DNA from: Candidatus Poribacteria bacterium
GTDB taxonomy: Bacteria; Poribacteria; WGA-4E; GCA-2687025
Assembly: GCA_963665845.2 (NCBI GenBank)
Contig: OY762492.1
Location: 2,400,001 to 2,464,000 of the forward strand
DNA: 64,000 nucleotides
Direction of reading: 5' to 3'
Shown: piece after piece, positions 28,705 through 38,957 of the stretch
How positions within the stretch are numbered: position 1 is the first letter of the stretch
How the letters are laid out: each line of letters opens with the position of its first letter
Program-made: the position numbers and the translations under genes
The notes under the pieces: generated by a model
Databases searched by the model: none
The model's input: only the letters and a program-made list of their open reading frames with translations
Told to the model about the DNA's origin: nothing

Positions 28705-29937
28705 TCATCGGAGATGCTTGTCGGCAAAATCAAGGAAACGCGCCCAGTCGTACGCCTTGACATCATGTCCGCCGCGGCGGATATGACAGCCGATTCGGCT
28801 CGTCACAGGAGATTCAAGAGGCGGCATTTCCTCCGCCGACATGCCGTCCGTTCCGAGCAATCGGTACACGTTGTCCGCATGTTTCGCGCTTAAAAATTCG
28901 CCGCGCGGGTCTGCCCATCGATCCTCCTCCGCGCTGGCGACATACACAGGGCGCGGCGCCGTCAGCGCGACCAACTGGTGCTGGTCAAACGGAAGCGCGT
29001 TTTCATTTTCGTTGTAACGCTTGAAGTTGCCGCAGAACCAGTGCGGGAACGCCGTATTGATGCGCGCGACCGTTTCGCCGAACCGCCGCCGCGACAGCGC
29101 CGCCCCGCCGCAGCCCGAATTGTTGGAGACGACCAGCGCAAAACGCTCATCCTGCGCCCCCGCCCAGAGAGCCGTCTTGCCCAAACGCGAATGCCCCAGA
29201 ACCGCGGCGCGCGACCCGTCAACCCGCGCCGCAACGGAATTTTCCGACAGCAGCATGTCCAGCGCGCGGCTCAACCCCCATGCCCACGCGCCGATGGAAC
29301 CCCATTCGTCCGCCGCCGGAACGCCCTCGCCGTGAAAAAGCGGATGAACGCCGTTGCGGAACCCGTCGTCCATATCCGGATCAATGTCGCCGTAGTAGGC
29401 GGTCGCCAGCGCGTATCCGCGGGATACGACCATTTCCGCCTGCCATCTGCCCGCCGATGCGCCGCGCTCCTCTTCTGAAGCCGGCTCTCCCGTCCGCATT
29501 GGCGATTCAGGCAAACGTATGCCGGGGTCGGAATGAACCGTATGGTTTCCGCCAAAATTCAATCCGACAAACGCAGGCGCGGGAGAAGACGCGCCGTTCG
29601 GCAGAAAAAGCAGGACATCCATATGCAGCGCGCCGCCGCTGAAATGGATGCGAACCTGCTTGCGCGTCGCGGCTCCGTCCAGCGCGTTTTCGTCTGTCGA
29701 AAACGTTTCATACTCAACCGGCAAAGAGGCGGTCGGCGTCTTGCCGTACATCTGCTCGGCGAAGAGGCGCAGCAGCTCTGGACGCCGCTTCATTCGCCAT
29801 GCTTCCTCCGTCTCAACGCGGGAGCCGTCCAGCATTAAAAGCGCGTCCGGCAAGGCGTATTCGGGAACCTTGCTCTCATCGTAATTCGTTTCCGACATGG
29901 CGGACGCCGCCAGCGCCGCGATCCATAAAACGCTCAT
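28705..29937 (-). CDS. CE15-like carbohydrate esterase (glucuronoyl/acetylxylan esterase)
   Basis: [34 protein letters not shown] nucleophile elbow, PHWF and DQHQL.AL.APRP. Confidence 0.88.
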   Translation of the reverse strand: MSVLWIAALAASAMSETNYDESKVPEYALPDALLMLDGSRVETEEAWRMKRRPELLRLFAEQMYGKTPTASLPVEYETFSTDENALDGAATRKQVRIHFSGGALHMDVLLFLPNGASSPAPAFVGLNFGGNHTVHSDPGIRLPESPMRTGEPASEEERGASAGRWQAEMVVSRGYALATAYYGDIDPDMDDGFRNGVHPLFHGEGVPAADEWGSIGAWAWGLSRALDMLLSENSVAARVDGSRAAVLGHSRLGKTALWAGAQDERFALVVSNNSGCGGAALSRRRFGETVARINTAFPHWFCGNFKRYNENENALPFDQHQLVALTAPRPVYVASAEEDRWADPRGEFLSAKHADNVYRLLGTDGMSAEEMPPLESPVTSRIGCHIRRGGHDVKAYDWARFLDFADKHLR

Positions 29938-30905
29938 ACGGTCCGCCTTTCCTTCTTCGGCTCAATCAACGCCGGCGAATGCCGCCGCGCAAACCGCTCC
30001 GCCAGCGGACCCGCATACGGCGCGCCCATCTGCTTCTCCGCCCAGGTCTGCCGTTTTCGCCGATGCAGCTTCACGCCCGAATCGCTTTCAGGGTCGCAAT
30101 CCTTTCCGGCGCTGCGGTCTAAAAACAGCGGCGAATCGGACTCCGGCGGCTTTGTCCGCGCGTAAGGCGAGGAGTAGCTGCGCATGATGATCCGCTGTTC
30201 CCGGTTGAGCGTTTTGAGCCATGCGTCGTTGGAACGATGCCGATCCGCTTCGCAGACCCAGGAGGGGCAGTAGGCAAAGAAGATGTTTTTGCGGACCACG
30301 TCGCTCAAGTTCGGCTCAACGCGGTGCCACAGGCTGGCATGCATGAGCGTCATCGTTCCCGCCTTGAGCGTCAGGATGCGCTCGCCGGGCAGCGATTCAT
30401 GCGTGTCGTATCCGCGCAGATAGTGCGTTCGGTGGCTGCCGGGCATATAGACAAAGTTGCCCATTTTCGGCGCCGGCAGATCGGTGAGCCAATATCCGAC
30501 CTTCAACTGCATCGGCAACTCTGGCGAGAAGACGCCGTACGGAACGCCCCGCGCGCCGTCCGGATGCCAGATGTTGTGGCTCCCTCCCTTCGGACGCATG
30601 AAAACCTGCGAGATATGCAGTTTCAGCAGCTCGCCGTAGATGTCGTATGCGTATCCAACATGGCGCGGATGGTCAATCATTTCGGCGAAGGCGCGATGGC
30701 GTTCCACCGCGTTCGAGAACGAATAGGTTTTGGTTGGGTTGAATTTAGAGTCGGCGGACGCAACCTGTTCAATGGCGTTCAGATAATAGGCAACCTCATC
30801 GGCGTCAAGGGCGTTTTCGATGACGAGAAAACCCTCTTCCATAAAGTCGCCCCATTGCGCCTCTGTGAAACCGGGCGGCGCCAACCGGTATGCTTTCTCT
30901 GCCAT
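29934..30905 (-). CDS. PhyH family dioxygenase
   Basis: FMEEGFL, WHPDG, YWLTD, MPGSH and LWHRV.PN..R. Confidence 0.85.
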   Translation of the reverse strand: MAEKAYRLAPPGFTEAQWGDFMEEGFLVIENALDADEVAYYLNAIEQVASADSKFNPTKTYSFSNAVERHRAFAEMIDHPRHVGYAYDIYGELLKLHISQVFMRPKGGSHNIWHPDGARGVPYGVFSPELPMQLKVGYWLTDLPAPKMGNFVYMPGSHRTHYLRGYDTHESLPGERILTLKAGTMTLMHASLWHRVEPNLSDVVRKNIFFAYCPSWVCEADRHRSNDAWLKTLNREQRIIMRSYSSPYARTKPPESDSPLFLDRSAGKDCDPESDSGVKLHRRKRQTWAEKQMGAPYAGPLAERFARRHSPALIEPKKERRTV

Positions 30906-31119
30906 GCCGTTCTCCTACGGTTCTATGGAGATACGGGCATGGTAGCGGAAGGAGGGCGGCGGCGCAAGCGGCTCTCTATAAGGATAGTACGCTCATACGG
31001 GGATATTCGCGCCGCGTTCGATTGCCCCTTGAAAAGGGGGGACCAGGGGGGTTTAAAGGACGGGCGCGACGGCTGCGATGCCTTAAGATTCCCGCTTACG
31101 CGAGAATGACGACGTCCGT

Positions 31120-31190
31120 GCGCTGTCCTTGCCGCTGAACCTCATCACAAAATAGGCGCCTCCAAGCATGAGCAGAACGAGAAGCGCCGA
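31120..31190 (-). pseudogene. Orphan 3' fragment (TM anchor) of another array paralog
   Basis: Translates as SALLVLLMLGGAYFVMRFSG, matching the anchors AVLLLLFGGIYLAMKFS and AVLLLLVGGVYLAMRFN. Confidence 0.6.
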
Positions 31191-31198
31191 CCTTCTAG

Positions 31199-32326
31199 TT
31201 ATCCGCCCTCCGCGTTTTCGTTTTCCTCTTCGGAGGAGCTGAATTTCATGGCGAGATAAATCCCTCCGAAAAGCAGAAGCAGGACGGCTCCCGCCCCAAT
31301 CATAAAGCGGCGCATCCGCGGGTTCATCCCGTTGTTGGCAGTATGCATATTCAGCGCCGAGATCAAAACGAACGGAATTTTATAGGTTAAAGGGGAGCCG
31401 AAGGAGTTCATCTGCCGACTGCCGGAGCTGTCAAAAAACAAAAGCTCCCCCGCCTCTTTATCGAATTGAACGGTCGGCGTCAGTTTGTCAAACTCTTTGA
31501 CGATCTCGATCAACTTGCCGCGCAGTTCCTCGGCGCGCTCCTCGTCCGACTTTCCCTTTAAAGACAGCTCCACATCCAACTTTGAAAGCTCATAGCCGAT
31601 ATCCTCAACCATGGAGGCGACCCCTCTCGGATACTTCAGCGGCGAGATCGAAGCGGAGGTTGACGTCAATCCCGACAAAAAGGGCGGGATCATTGATGTA
31701 CCTGACGAAGGCCCCCCATGAAAATGCCCGTGAATATGGCCGCTGAGAATCCGGAAATGCGTGTGTTGAAAGCTGCGCCAGTTGTTTTCAAGATGCGACA
31801 ATGCGGCGTTCAGATTGAGCGCAAACGGGTCGTCCTCAACCATATTGAATGCAAGCAGACTATTCAGCCGGTGAGCGAATGTGCCGCCCCCGCCGCTGCC
31901 GCTGCTTCCCGACGGCGTGATATGGTAATGGTAACACATCAGCGTTTGAGTTCGCTCGTTGTACTTGACGGAGGAGGCGCCGTCCGGCGTCAGATCATGG
32001 ATTTTGCGCATCTCTGTGAAATACAGCTCGCGGAGTATCGGCAGCCGCTCGTCAACAGGCGTCTTTTTCTTTTTCAACTGCTCGTTCCGAAGCAGGAGCT
32101 GGTCGGAGACGTTGATGACGTGCGCATGCATGTCTTTAAACATGACGGAGCTTGGGTTGCTGCGCATACGATGCTCGGTGTCCTGCATGATCTCTCGGAC
32201 GGCCGCTTCCAGTTCGAAGGTGAACTTTTCTGCGTCGGCGCGGAGCGGCGCAAGACAGAATGCCGCGGCGGTTAGGGCGAAGGTTAAGGCGGTTGACGGG
32301 GCGTATCGGCGCATCGGTTTCTCCAT
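31199..32326 (-). CDS. Helical-domain family, class I (signal peptide + two domains + C-terminal TM anchor)
   Basis: PLRADA cleavage site; FT.ELEAAV, ERLPILR.LY, YNER and ELSKLDVEL; hydrophobic C-terminal helix. Confidence 0.8.
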   Translation of the reverse strand: MEKPMRRYAPSTALTFALTAAAFCLAPLRADAEKFTFELEAAVREIMQDTEHRMRSNPSSVMFKDMHAHVINVSDQLLLRNEQLKKKKTPVDERLPILRELYFTEMRKIHDLTPDGASSVKYNERTQTLMCYHYHITPSGSSGSGGGGTFAHRLNSLLAFNMVEDDPFALNLNAALSHLENNWRSFQHTHFRILSGHIHGHFHGGPSSGTSMIPPFLSGLTSTSASISPLKYPRGVASMVEDIGYELSKLDVELSLKGKSDEERAEELRGKLIEIVKEFDKLTPTVQFDKEAGELLFFDSSGSRQMNSFGSPLTYKIPFVLISALNMHTANNGMNPRMRRFMIGAGAVLLLLFGGIYLAMKFSSSEEENENAEGG

Positions 32327-32327
32327 T

Positions 32328-33386
32328 TTAATTGCTTGCCGCGTTTTCGTTTTCCTCTTGGGTTGAATTGAATCTCATTGCGAGATAGACCCCTCCGACG
32401 AGGAGAAGTAGGACAGCTGCCGCCCCGATCATCAAGAGGCACATCCGCGAATCCCCCGACTTCGCAGAGGTCTGTATGTTCAGCGCCGATAACAACGCGA
32501 ACGGAATTTGATACGTTAAAGGGGCGCCGGCGGAATCCAGCTGCGGACTGCCGGCGTTGTCGTAAAAAGAAAGTTCCGCCGCCTCCTCATCGAATTGAAC
32601 GATCCGCGTCAGATTGTCAAACTCTTTGACGATCTCGATCATCTTGCCGCGCAGTTTCTCGACCCGCTCCTCGTCCGGCCGCCCCTTTAAAGACAGCTCC
32701 ACATCCAACTTTGAAAGCTCGTAGCGGATCTCCGCAACCATGGAGTCGACCCCGCTTCGATACTTCGGCGGCGAGGTCGGAGCTGGGGATGGCGGCAATT
32801 TTGGCAACATATGTTCGTGAAGATAGGAGCTGAGAAGCGCGGGGTTCGATTGTTGAAAACGGCGCCAGGATTCATCAAGGCGCGACAATGCGTCGTTCAG
32901 TTGGCGCGCAAACGGATCCGGCTCTATCTTATGGAATTCAAGCAGCCAGAAGAGTTTTTGAGCGATAGAGCCGCCGCTGTATCTTCCGGACGCGTCGAAC
33001 TCATAACGGGCAAACCGCAGCGATTGATTTCGCTCATTGTATTTCACGGAGGAGAATTTGTCCGGCTTCAGTTGATGGATTTTGCGCATCTCGGTGAGAT
33101 ACAGCTGGCGGAGTATCGGCAGCCGCTCCTTGACAGGGACATTTTTTATCTCAAACGCCTCGTTCAGACGCAGCAGCTGATCGCCGACGCCGGTCATGAG
33201 CTTATGCAGGTCTTTCGCCGCGGCGGAGCTGGGATAGCTGCGAATTCTCGCCTCGCCCTGTTGGGACATTTCTTGGACGGCCGCTTCCAGTTTGAGGGTG
33301 AAGTCTTCAGCGTCGGCGCGCAGCGGCAAGCACACAAACGCCAACGCAGCAAGAACAGCAATCAGCGGAGCGGTTCGGGTCGTCAT
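32328..33386 (-). CDS. Helical-domain family, class I
   Basis: Paralog of 31199-32326 with the same architecture; translationally coupled. Confidence 0.8.
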   Translation of the reverse strand: MTTRTAPLIAVLAALAFVCLPLRADAEDFTLKLEAAVQEMSQQGEARIRSYPSSAAAKDLHKLMTGVGDQLLRLNEAFEIKNVPVKERLPILRQLYLTEMRKIHQLKPDKFSSVKYNERNQSLRFARYEFDASGRYSGGSIAQKLFWLLEFHKIEPDPFARQLNDALSRLDESWRRFQQSNPALLSSYLHEHMLPKLPPSPAPTSPPKYRSGVDSMVAEIRYELSKLDVELSLKGRPDEERVEKLRGKMIEIVKEFDNLTRIVQFDEEAAELSFYDNAGSPQLDSAGAPLTYQIPFALLSALNIQTSAKSGDSRMCLLMIGAAAVLLLLVGGVYLAMRFNSTQEENENAASN

Positions 33387-34456
33387 TCAGTTTCTGCCTT
33401 GTGTTCGGCTTCTTTGGCGGAGTTGCGCTTCAATGACAAAAAGACGCCTGCCAAAACAAGCAGCAAGAGAGCCGCCCCGCCGCCCAGCAGCTGAAGACGA
33501 TTCGAGCTCGGCATCATCAGCGCCGCTGTCAGCTCGGGCGGGACTTCAAATACGATAGGGGAGCCGGCGCTGTCAAGGATCGGACCGCTTTCGTCGCGGA
33601 AAGGGATTTTCACCTCGCCGCCCTCAACCAGAACCTCCAGCCCGACATACTCCACTTTTTGGATCATCTCAAAGAAAAGGCGGCGCAGTTTCTTGGCGCG
33701 CTTCTTGAGCGGCGTTTTCCGCTCCGCCAGCTCCGCATCCAGTTTTGTCAGCTCATGTTCGATCTGCCACATGAGATGACCAAGGTCTCTACCCACAAAC
33801 CGCTCCATCGGCGTTGGAGGCGAAGGGTTCCATAACCCTGTCAGATTGGGGCGGACGATCTCCTTATCGAGAATATGGGAGACTTTGCCCCGAACAACTC
33901 GATTCGTGTATTCAAAACCCTTCCACTCATTGACGAGATCCCGCAATGCGATCGTAAGCTTGAACCCGGCTGAATCGACGGTCGTTCTCCCCTGTATCAA
34001 CAGCGAATCCAACCTCCATGCGAATCCGCCTTCGGGTCCGCTCCCGACGCTGCCCCCTCCGCCTGGAGAACCGCGATGGTAGAACGCCAGCGACTGCAAG
34101 CGCTCATTATACAGCGCTATCGAATTGCCGTCCGGCTCTAACTCATGAATTCGGCGCATCTGCTGAAAATACATCTGGCGCAGGATCGGTATGCGCTCTT
34201 CTTCAGGCATCTGTATCTTTTCCAGCTGTTCGTTTCGGAGCAGCAACAGGGAGCCAATCTCCGAGAGCAGACCGGCGAGGCTTTGCGCCATGACAGATTT
34301 TGGGTAGTCGTTGACAGGCTCATGCCCTTGTTGAGTCAACTGACGGACCGCCTCTTTCAGCTCGCGGGTGAAGGCGTCGTCGTCGGCGCGCAGCGGCAGA
34401 CACGCAAACGCCAGCGCAGCAAGAACAGCAATCGGCGGAGCGGTTCGGGTCGTCAT
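33383..34456 (-). CDS. Helical-domain family, class I
   Basis: Signal peptide near-identical to 32328-33386; C-terminal third near-identical to 34453-35520. Confidence 0.8.
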   Translation of the reverse strand: MTTRTAPPIAVLAALAFACLPLRADDDAFTRELKEAVRQLTQQGHEPVNDYPKSVMAQSLAGLLSEIGSLLLLRNEQLEKIQMPEEERIPILRQMYFQQMRRIHELEPDGNSIALYNERLQSLAFYHRGSPGGGGSVGSGPEGGFAWRLDSLLIQGRTTVDSAGFKLTIALRDLVNEWKGFEYTNRVVRGKVSHILDKEIVRPNLTGLWNPSPPTPMERFVGRDLGHLMWQIEHELTKLDAELAERKTPLKKRAKKLRRLFFEMIQKVEYVGLEVLVEGGEVKIPFRDESGPILDSAGSPIVFEVPPELTAALMMPSSNRLQLLGGGAALLLLVLAGVFLSLKRNSAKEAEHKAETE

Positions 34457-35520
34457 TCAGTTTCTGCCTTGTGTTCGGCTTCTTTGGCGGAGTTGCGCTT
34501 CATGACAAGAAAGAGGCCTGCCAAAACAAGCAGCAAGAGAGCCGCCGCTCCGCCCATCAGCAGCTGCAGACGCTTCGGGCTATTCTGTTTGGCGCTCGGC
34601 ATCATCAGCGCCGCCATCAGCTTGGGCGGAAATTCAAACGCGATAGGGGAGCCGGCGCTGTCAAGGATCGGGCCGCTTTCGTCGCGGAAGGGGATCTTCA
34701 CCGAGTCGCCCTCAACCTGAACCTCCAGCCCGACATACTCCACTTTTTGGATCATTTCAAAGAAAAGGCGGCGCAGTTTCTTGGCGCGCTCCTCGCGCGG
34801 CGCCTTCTGTTCCGCCAGCTCCGCATCCAGTTTTGTCAGCTCGTATTCGATCCTGTGCATGAGACTAATAAAGCGTCTATCCGTATACCGCTCCAGCATG
34901 GTAGGAGGCGAAGGGGTCAACCCCGTCGGGTTGGGGCGGACCATTTCCCTCACTGTAATATGACCGATTTCGCTGTGATGCTTGTAGGAAAAATCCATAA
35001 ACCACTTATGTAAGAGCTCCTGCAACCCGTCCGTAAGCTCGCCCGCGGCAGGGTCGTCGCCGATGCTCTCCTTGATCTTGAGCAGCGATTCCAACTTTGA
35101 CGCGAATGAGCCTCCTCCGCCTCCGCCTCCGCCTGTAGAACTGTAATAATAGAAGCCCAGCGACTGACTGCGCTCATTGTACTCCGCTCTCGAATTGCCG
35201 TCCGGCTCCATCTCATGGATTCGGCGCATCTGCTGGAGATACAGCCGGCGCAGGATCGGTATGCGCTCTTCGTTCGGCGTCTTTTGCGTTTCCATGTGTT
35301 CGTTCCGCAACAACAGGCGGGAGCCAATTTCCGAGAACAGATTGGCAAGGTTTTGCGCCATGACAGAGCTAGGGTTGCCTTTGGCAAGCCCCTGCCCGTG
35401 TTCAACCAGCTGATAGACCGCCTCTTCCAGCTCGCGGGTGAACGCGTCGTCGGCGCGCAGCGGCAGACACGCAAACGCCAGCGCGGCAAGAACGGCGGTT
35501 GTCATGGCGGCGCGTGTCAT
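34453..35520 (-). CDS. Helical-domain family, class I
   Basis: Start at ATG 35520 after AAAGGAG; poly-Gly loop YYYSST-G8. Confidence 0.8.
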   Translation of the reverse strand: MTRAAMTTAVLAALAFACLPLRADDAFTRELEEAVYQLVEHGQGLAKGNPSSVMAQNLANLFSEIGSRLLLRNEHMETQKTPNEERIPILRRLYLQQMRRIHEMEPDGNSRAEYNERSQSLGFYYYSSTGGGGGGGGSFASKLESLLKIKESIGDDPAAGELTDGLQELLHKWFMDFSYKHHSEIGHITVREMVRPNPTGLTPSPPTMLERYTDRRFISLMHRIEYELTKLDAELAEQKAPREERAKKLRRLFFEMIQKVEYVGLEVQVEGDSVKIPFRDESGPILDSAGSPIAFEFPPKLMAALMMPSAKQNSPKRLQLLMGGAAALLLLVLAGLFLVMKRNSAKEAEHKAETE

Positions 35521-35939
35521 GGCGGCTCCTTTCAACCTTCCCGCCATGAAGTATAAAACGCCGACGCGCCAACCGCAATATCTGACCGGCAGTACGCTCA
35601 TACGGTGATATTCGAGGCGCCGCGTCCGATTCCCCCTTGAATAGGGCGCGCCTCTGATTCCCCCCTTGAATAGGGCGCGCCTCTGATTCCCCCCTTGAAT
35701 AGGGCGCGCCTCTGATTCCCCCCTTGAAAAGGGGGGCTAGGGGGGTTTAAAGGACGGGCGCGGCGGCTGCAATGCCTTAAGATTCCCGCTTACGCGGGAA
35801 TGACGACGCGCAGAGCGTCGGCTTTTCCGCTGTTCATCGCGGCTCTTTCAATCGGCCTCTCCAGTTTATGCGGCGGTTTTGGGGCGGCTTCGCCTCTTTA
35901 TAAAGTAGAAGAGAGCCAGCCCGCATGCCGCAAATGCCG
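35114..35939. repeat. ~0.83 kb segmental duplication, copy 1 (copy 2 at 37152-37977)
   Basis: Near-identical sequence at an offset of 2038; begins at a (CCTCCG)n tract and includes 29-bp family B tandem repeats. Confidence 0.9.
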
Positions 35940-35947
35940 CATCGTTG

Positions 35948-36961
35948 TTAGGCGGATTGCCTGCGATTTCTTCTGGACGACCCGACCAGAAAAAACGCCA
36001 AGACCGCGACCGCAAACAACATCAAGGCGCCAAGATAATAGACGATGTCGTCGAACCTGGTCTCAAAGACGAGAAGCGTGTCATCAAGCAACCCGGCTAT
36101 CGGTCCCTCAGATGTGGACTTGCTAGTACCGCCGCTGAATCGCCTGACGCTGGAAATGCGGAAGCTGGAACTCGGACCTTGAGGGAAGAATTCAATATCG
36201 TCTTCAGAGCCGCCCTCGTAGACGGGTCCAAAATGGTTGAACCTCTTCATCCATTTTAGGTAAAGTTCGCGCAGTTCCTTCACGCGCTTTCGGTGCGGCG
36301 CGTTCTGTTGGCGCAATTCTTCGTCCAGACGGGTCAGTTCGTCCCTGATTTCAGAAAACCGCTTCAAAAGTTCGCTCGCAAACTTTGTGCCTTTATGCCG
36401 TTCCCGTTGGGCGATGTTTTGCCCGTCCTTCATGAAATCTCTGAGCGCCATTTTAAAGGCGCGGTTGAATGTGTCAGGATCGGTTCGCGCCGCTTCGCTG
36501 AAAAACGACATCATATTGAAGAGTTGAGCGAGCTTGCCGCTGAGGATGTAGGCGCGGCGGGAATCGGTAGAGCCGCCGGTTTCCCATATTTCCAGAGTAA
36601 AATACGATTCGCCGTACACCATATTGAAGCCGCCGGTCGGTTTCAGCTCATACAGCGGATTCATTTGCTCTCGGAACCGCTGGCGCAGCTTGTCAATGCG
36701 CTCGTTGTACGGAAGGTTTTGCGGTCGAAGCTGCGCGTCGTAAGCGGTCAACTCCGCCGCCGCTTTGGAGAGGATGTCCGCAATCTGTTGCGCCAACAGC
36801 GAGTCGGGAAGCTGATTGAGCAGCTTTTGCCGCTTTCCCATCAGCTCTTGGACGCCCGCTTGAATCTCCGCCGAGACGGGGTCGGCGTTCGCCGGCGCGG
36901 ACGCATGGAGAAGCGGCAAGCAAAAAATAAGAGCGGCGCTGAAATGGATGTTGAGGCGCAA
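35948..36961 (-). CDS. Helical-domain family, class I
   Basis: Signal peptide; DPVSAEIQAGVQEL, LP.S.LA, ERIDKLR and ELTRLDEELRQQ; C-terminal TM + RRNRR. Confidence 0.8.
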   Translation of the reverse strand: MRLNIHFSAALIFCLPLLHASAPANADPVSAEIQAGVQELMGKRQKLLNQLPDSLLAQQIADILSKAAAELTAYDAQLRPQNLPYNERIDKLRQRFREQMNPLYELKPTGGFNMVYGESYFTLEIWETGGSTDSRRAYILSGKLAQLFNMMSFFSEAARTDPDTFNRAFKMALRDFMKDGQNIAQRERHKGTKFASELLKRFSEIRDELTRLDEELRQQNAPHRKRVKELRELYLKWMKRFNHFGPVYEGGSEDDIEFFPQGPSSSFRISSVRRFSGGTSKSTSEGPIAGLLDDTLLVFETRFDDIVYYLGALMLFAVAVLAFFLVGSSRRNRRQSA

Positions 36962-36979
36962 TGGAGGCTCCTTTCTCCG

Positions 36980-37558
36980 TTAGGCGGATTGCCTGCGATT
37001 TCTTCTGGACGACCCGACCAGAAAAAACGCCAAAACCGCGAGCGCAAACAACATCAAGCCGATGAGAGGATAAATCACGGACTTAATCCGTTCTCTTTCC
37101 CAGGACTCCTTGACCAGGAGCGTCTTTTCAAGACTTCTTCCGATGCCTCCGCCTCCGCCTCCGCCTCCGCCTGTAGAACTGTAATAATAGAAGCCCAGCG
37201 ACTGACTGCGCTCATTGTACTCCGCTCTCGAATTGCCGTCCGGCTCCATCTCATGGATTCGGCGCATCTGCTGGAGATACAGCCGGCGCAGGATCGGTAT
37301 GCGCTCTTCGTTCGGCGTCTTTTGTGTTTCCATGTGTTCGTTCCGCAACAACAGGCGGGAGCCAATTTCCGAGAACAAATTGGCAAGGTTTTGCGCCATG
37401 ACAGAGCTAGGGTTGCCTTTGGCAAGCCCCTGCCCGTGTTCAACCAGCTGATAGACCGCCTCTTCCAGCTCGCGGGTGAACGCGTCGTCGGCGCGCAGCG
37501 GCAGACACGCAAACGCCAGCGCGGCAAGAACGGCGGTTGTCATGGCGGCGCGTGTCAT
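36980..37558 (-). CDS. Helical-domain family, chimeric single-domain class I member
   Basis: N-terminus identical to 34453-35520 up to the poly-Gly tract; C-terminal anchor nearly identical to 35948-36961. Confidence 0.75.
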   Translation of the reverse strand: MTRAAMTTAVLAALAFACLPLRADDAFTRELEEAVYQLVEHGQGLAKGNPSSVMAQNLANLFSEIGSRLLLRNEHMETQKTPNEERIPILRRLYLQQMRRIHEMEPDGNSRAEYNERSQSLGFYYYSSTGGGGGGGGGIGRSLEKTLLVKESWERERIKSVIYPLIGLMLFALAVLAFFLVGSSRRNRRQSA

Positions 37559-37977
37559 GGCGGCTCCTTTCAACCTTCCCGCCATGAAGTATAAAACGCC
37601 GACGCGCCAACCGCAATATCTGACCGGCAGTACGCTCATACGGTGATATTCGAGGCGCCGCGTCCGATTCCCCCTTGAATAGGGCGCGCCTCTGATTCCC
37701 CCCTTGAAAAGGGCGCGCCTCTGATTCCCCCCTTGAAAAGGGCGCGCCTCTGATTCCCCCCTTGAAAAGGGGGGCTAGGGGGGTTTAAAGGACGGGCGCG
37801 GCGGCTGCAATGCCTTAAGATTCCCGCTTACGCGGGAATGACGACGCGCAGAGCGTCGGCTTTTCCGCTGTTCATCGCGGCTCTTTCAATCGGCCTCTCC
37901 AGTTTATGCGGCGGTTTTGGGGCGGCTTCGCCTCTTTATAAAGTAGAAGAGAGCCAGCCCGCATACCGCAAACGCCG
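37152..37977. repeat. ~0.83 kb segmental duplication, copy 2
   Basis: Matches 35114-35939. Confidence 0.9.
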
Positions 37978-38944
37978 ACGCAACAGCGATCCAAAGGCGC
38001 CGCATTTTGTTCCGATGATTCCACATGTCGAGAACCCCAAGAATTTCCCCTGAAATCGTCCCGCCGCCGCGCGCATAACTTCCTGGAGCGGGAGAATGGG
38101 TGAACAGAAGCTTGAAGCCGCCCGCGTCGTATTCCACACCGTAATTCTCGACAGGTTTAAAATCGTTGAACTGCTTCATCCATTTTTGAAACCGACCGCG
38201 CAGCTTGGAGACGCGCTTGTCGTATGAGGCGTTTTGCCGGCGCAGTTCGCCGTCCAGTTTGAGCAGATCGGCGCAGATTTCGGAGATGCGTTCGTTGAAC
38301 CGCTCCGCAAACGTCCTATCCGCCTTGTCTTTGTAGATGTTTCGATACGATTCTTTCAAATCGTCAAGCGCGTAATTCAAGGCGCGGGTGAAGGCGTTCG
38401 GGTCGGTTCGCAGCTCCTGTTCGACAAACGAATGCAGATCGAAAAGCCGCTCAAGATGGTACCCTAAGCCGAACTCAAAGAGGCTGATGCTGGCGCTCGC
38501 CGATAAATCGCCTTTAGAAGAAGCGCGGGAAACGGAGCTGGATTCGTAAATTTTCATGACCTGATGCGCTTCATCGTATCGCACTTTCGCCCCGTTGATC
38601 GGCTTCAGATCATGCAGCTGCCGAATCTGTTCGAGGTAACGCTTGCGAAGCATGTCGATGCTCTCCTCGCGGGAAATGTTCTGCGCGAGGAGCTGCGCGT
38701 CGTATTCGGTCAACGCTGTTGCCGTATCGGAGAGGATGCCGGCAATCTGTTTCGCCAGTTCAGATTCGGGAAGCGTATCGAGAATGTTTTTATGAGCATT
38801 CATGAGATCGTCGACGCCTGCTTGGAGCTGCGTCGAAACGGAGTCTAGATTCGTTTGCGCCGTATTTTCCTGCGCAGACGCATGGAGAAGCGGCGCGGCG
38901 GTCAAAACAAGCAGGACAACGGTTGCTGAGGCGCGGCGGAACAT
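37904..38944 (-). CDS. Helical-domain family, class I
   Basis: Start at ATG 38944 after AAGGAG; DSVSTQLQAGV, LPESELA, RTDPNAFTRAL and KLDGELRRQ; C-terminal TM. Confidence 0.8.
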   Translation of the reverse strand: MFRRASATVVLLVLTAAPLLHASAQENTAQTNLDSVSTQLQAGVDDLMNAHKNILDTLPESELAKQIAGILSDTATALTEYDAQLLAQNISREESIDMLRKRYLEQIRQLHDLKPINGAKVRYDEAHQVMKIYESSSVSRASSKGDLSASASISLFEFGLGYHLERLFDLHSFVEQELRTDPNAFTRALNYALDDLKESYRNIYKDKADRTFAERFNERISEICADLLKLDGELRRQNASYDKRVSKLRGRFQKWMKQFNDFKPVENYGVEYDAGGFKLLFTHSPAPGSYARGGGTISGEILGVLDMWNHRNKMRRLWIAVASAFAVCGLALFYFIKRRSRPKTAA

Positions 38945-38957
38945 GGGTCTCTCCTTT

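Noticed and set aside
35114-37977. Diversity-generating retroelement template/variable repeat pair
   Set aside because: No reverse transcriptase in the window, and the few differences are not adenine-specific; ordinary duplication fits better.
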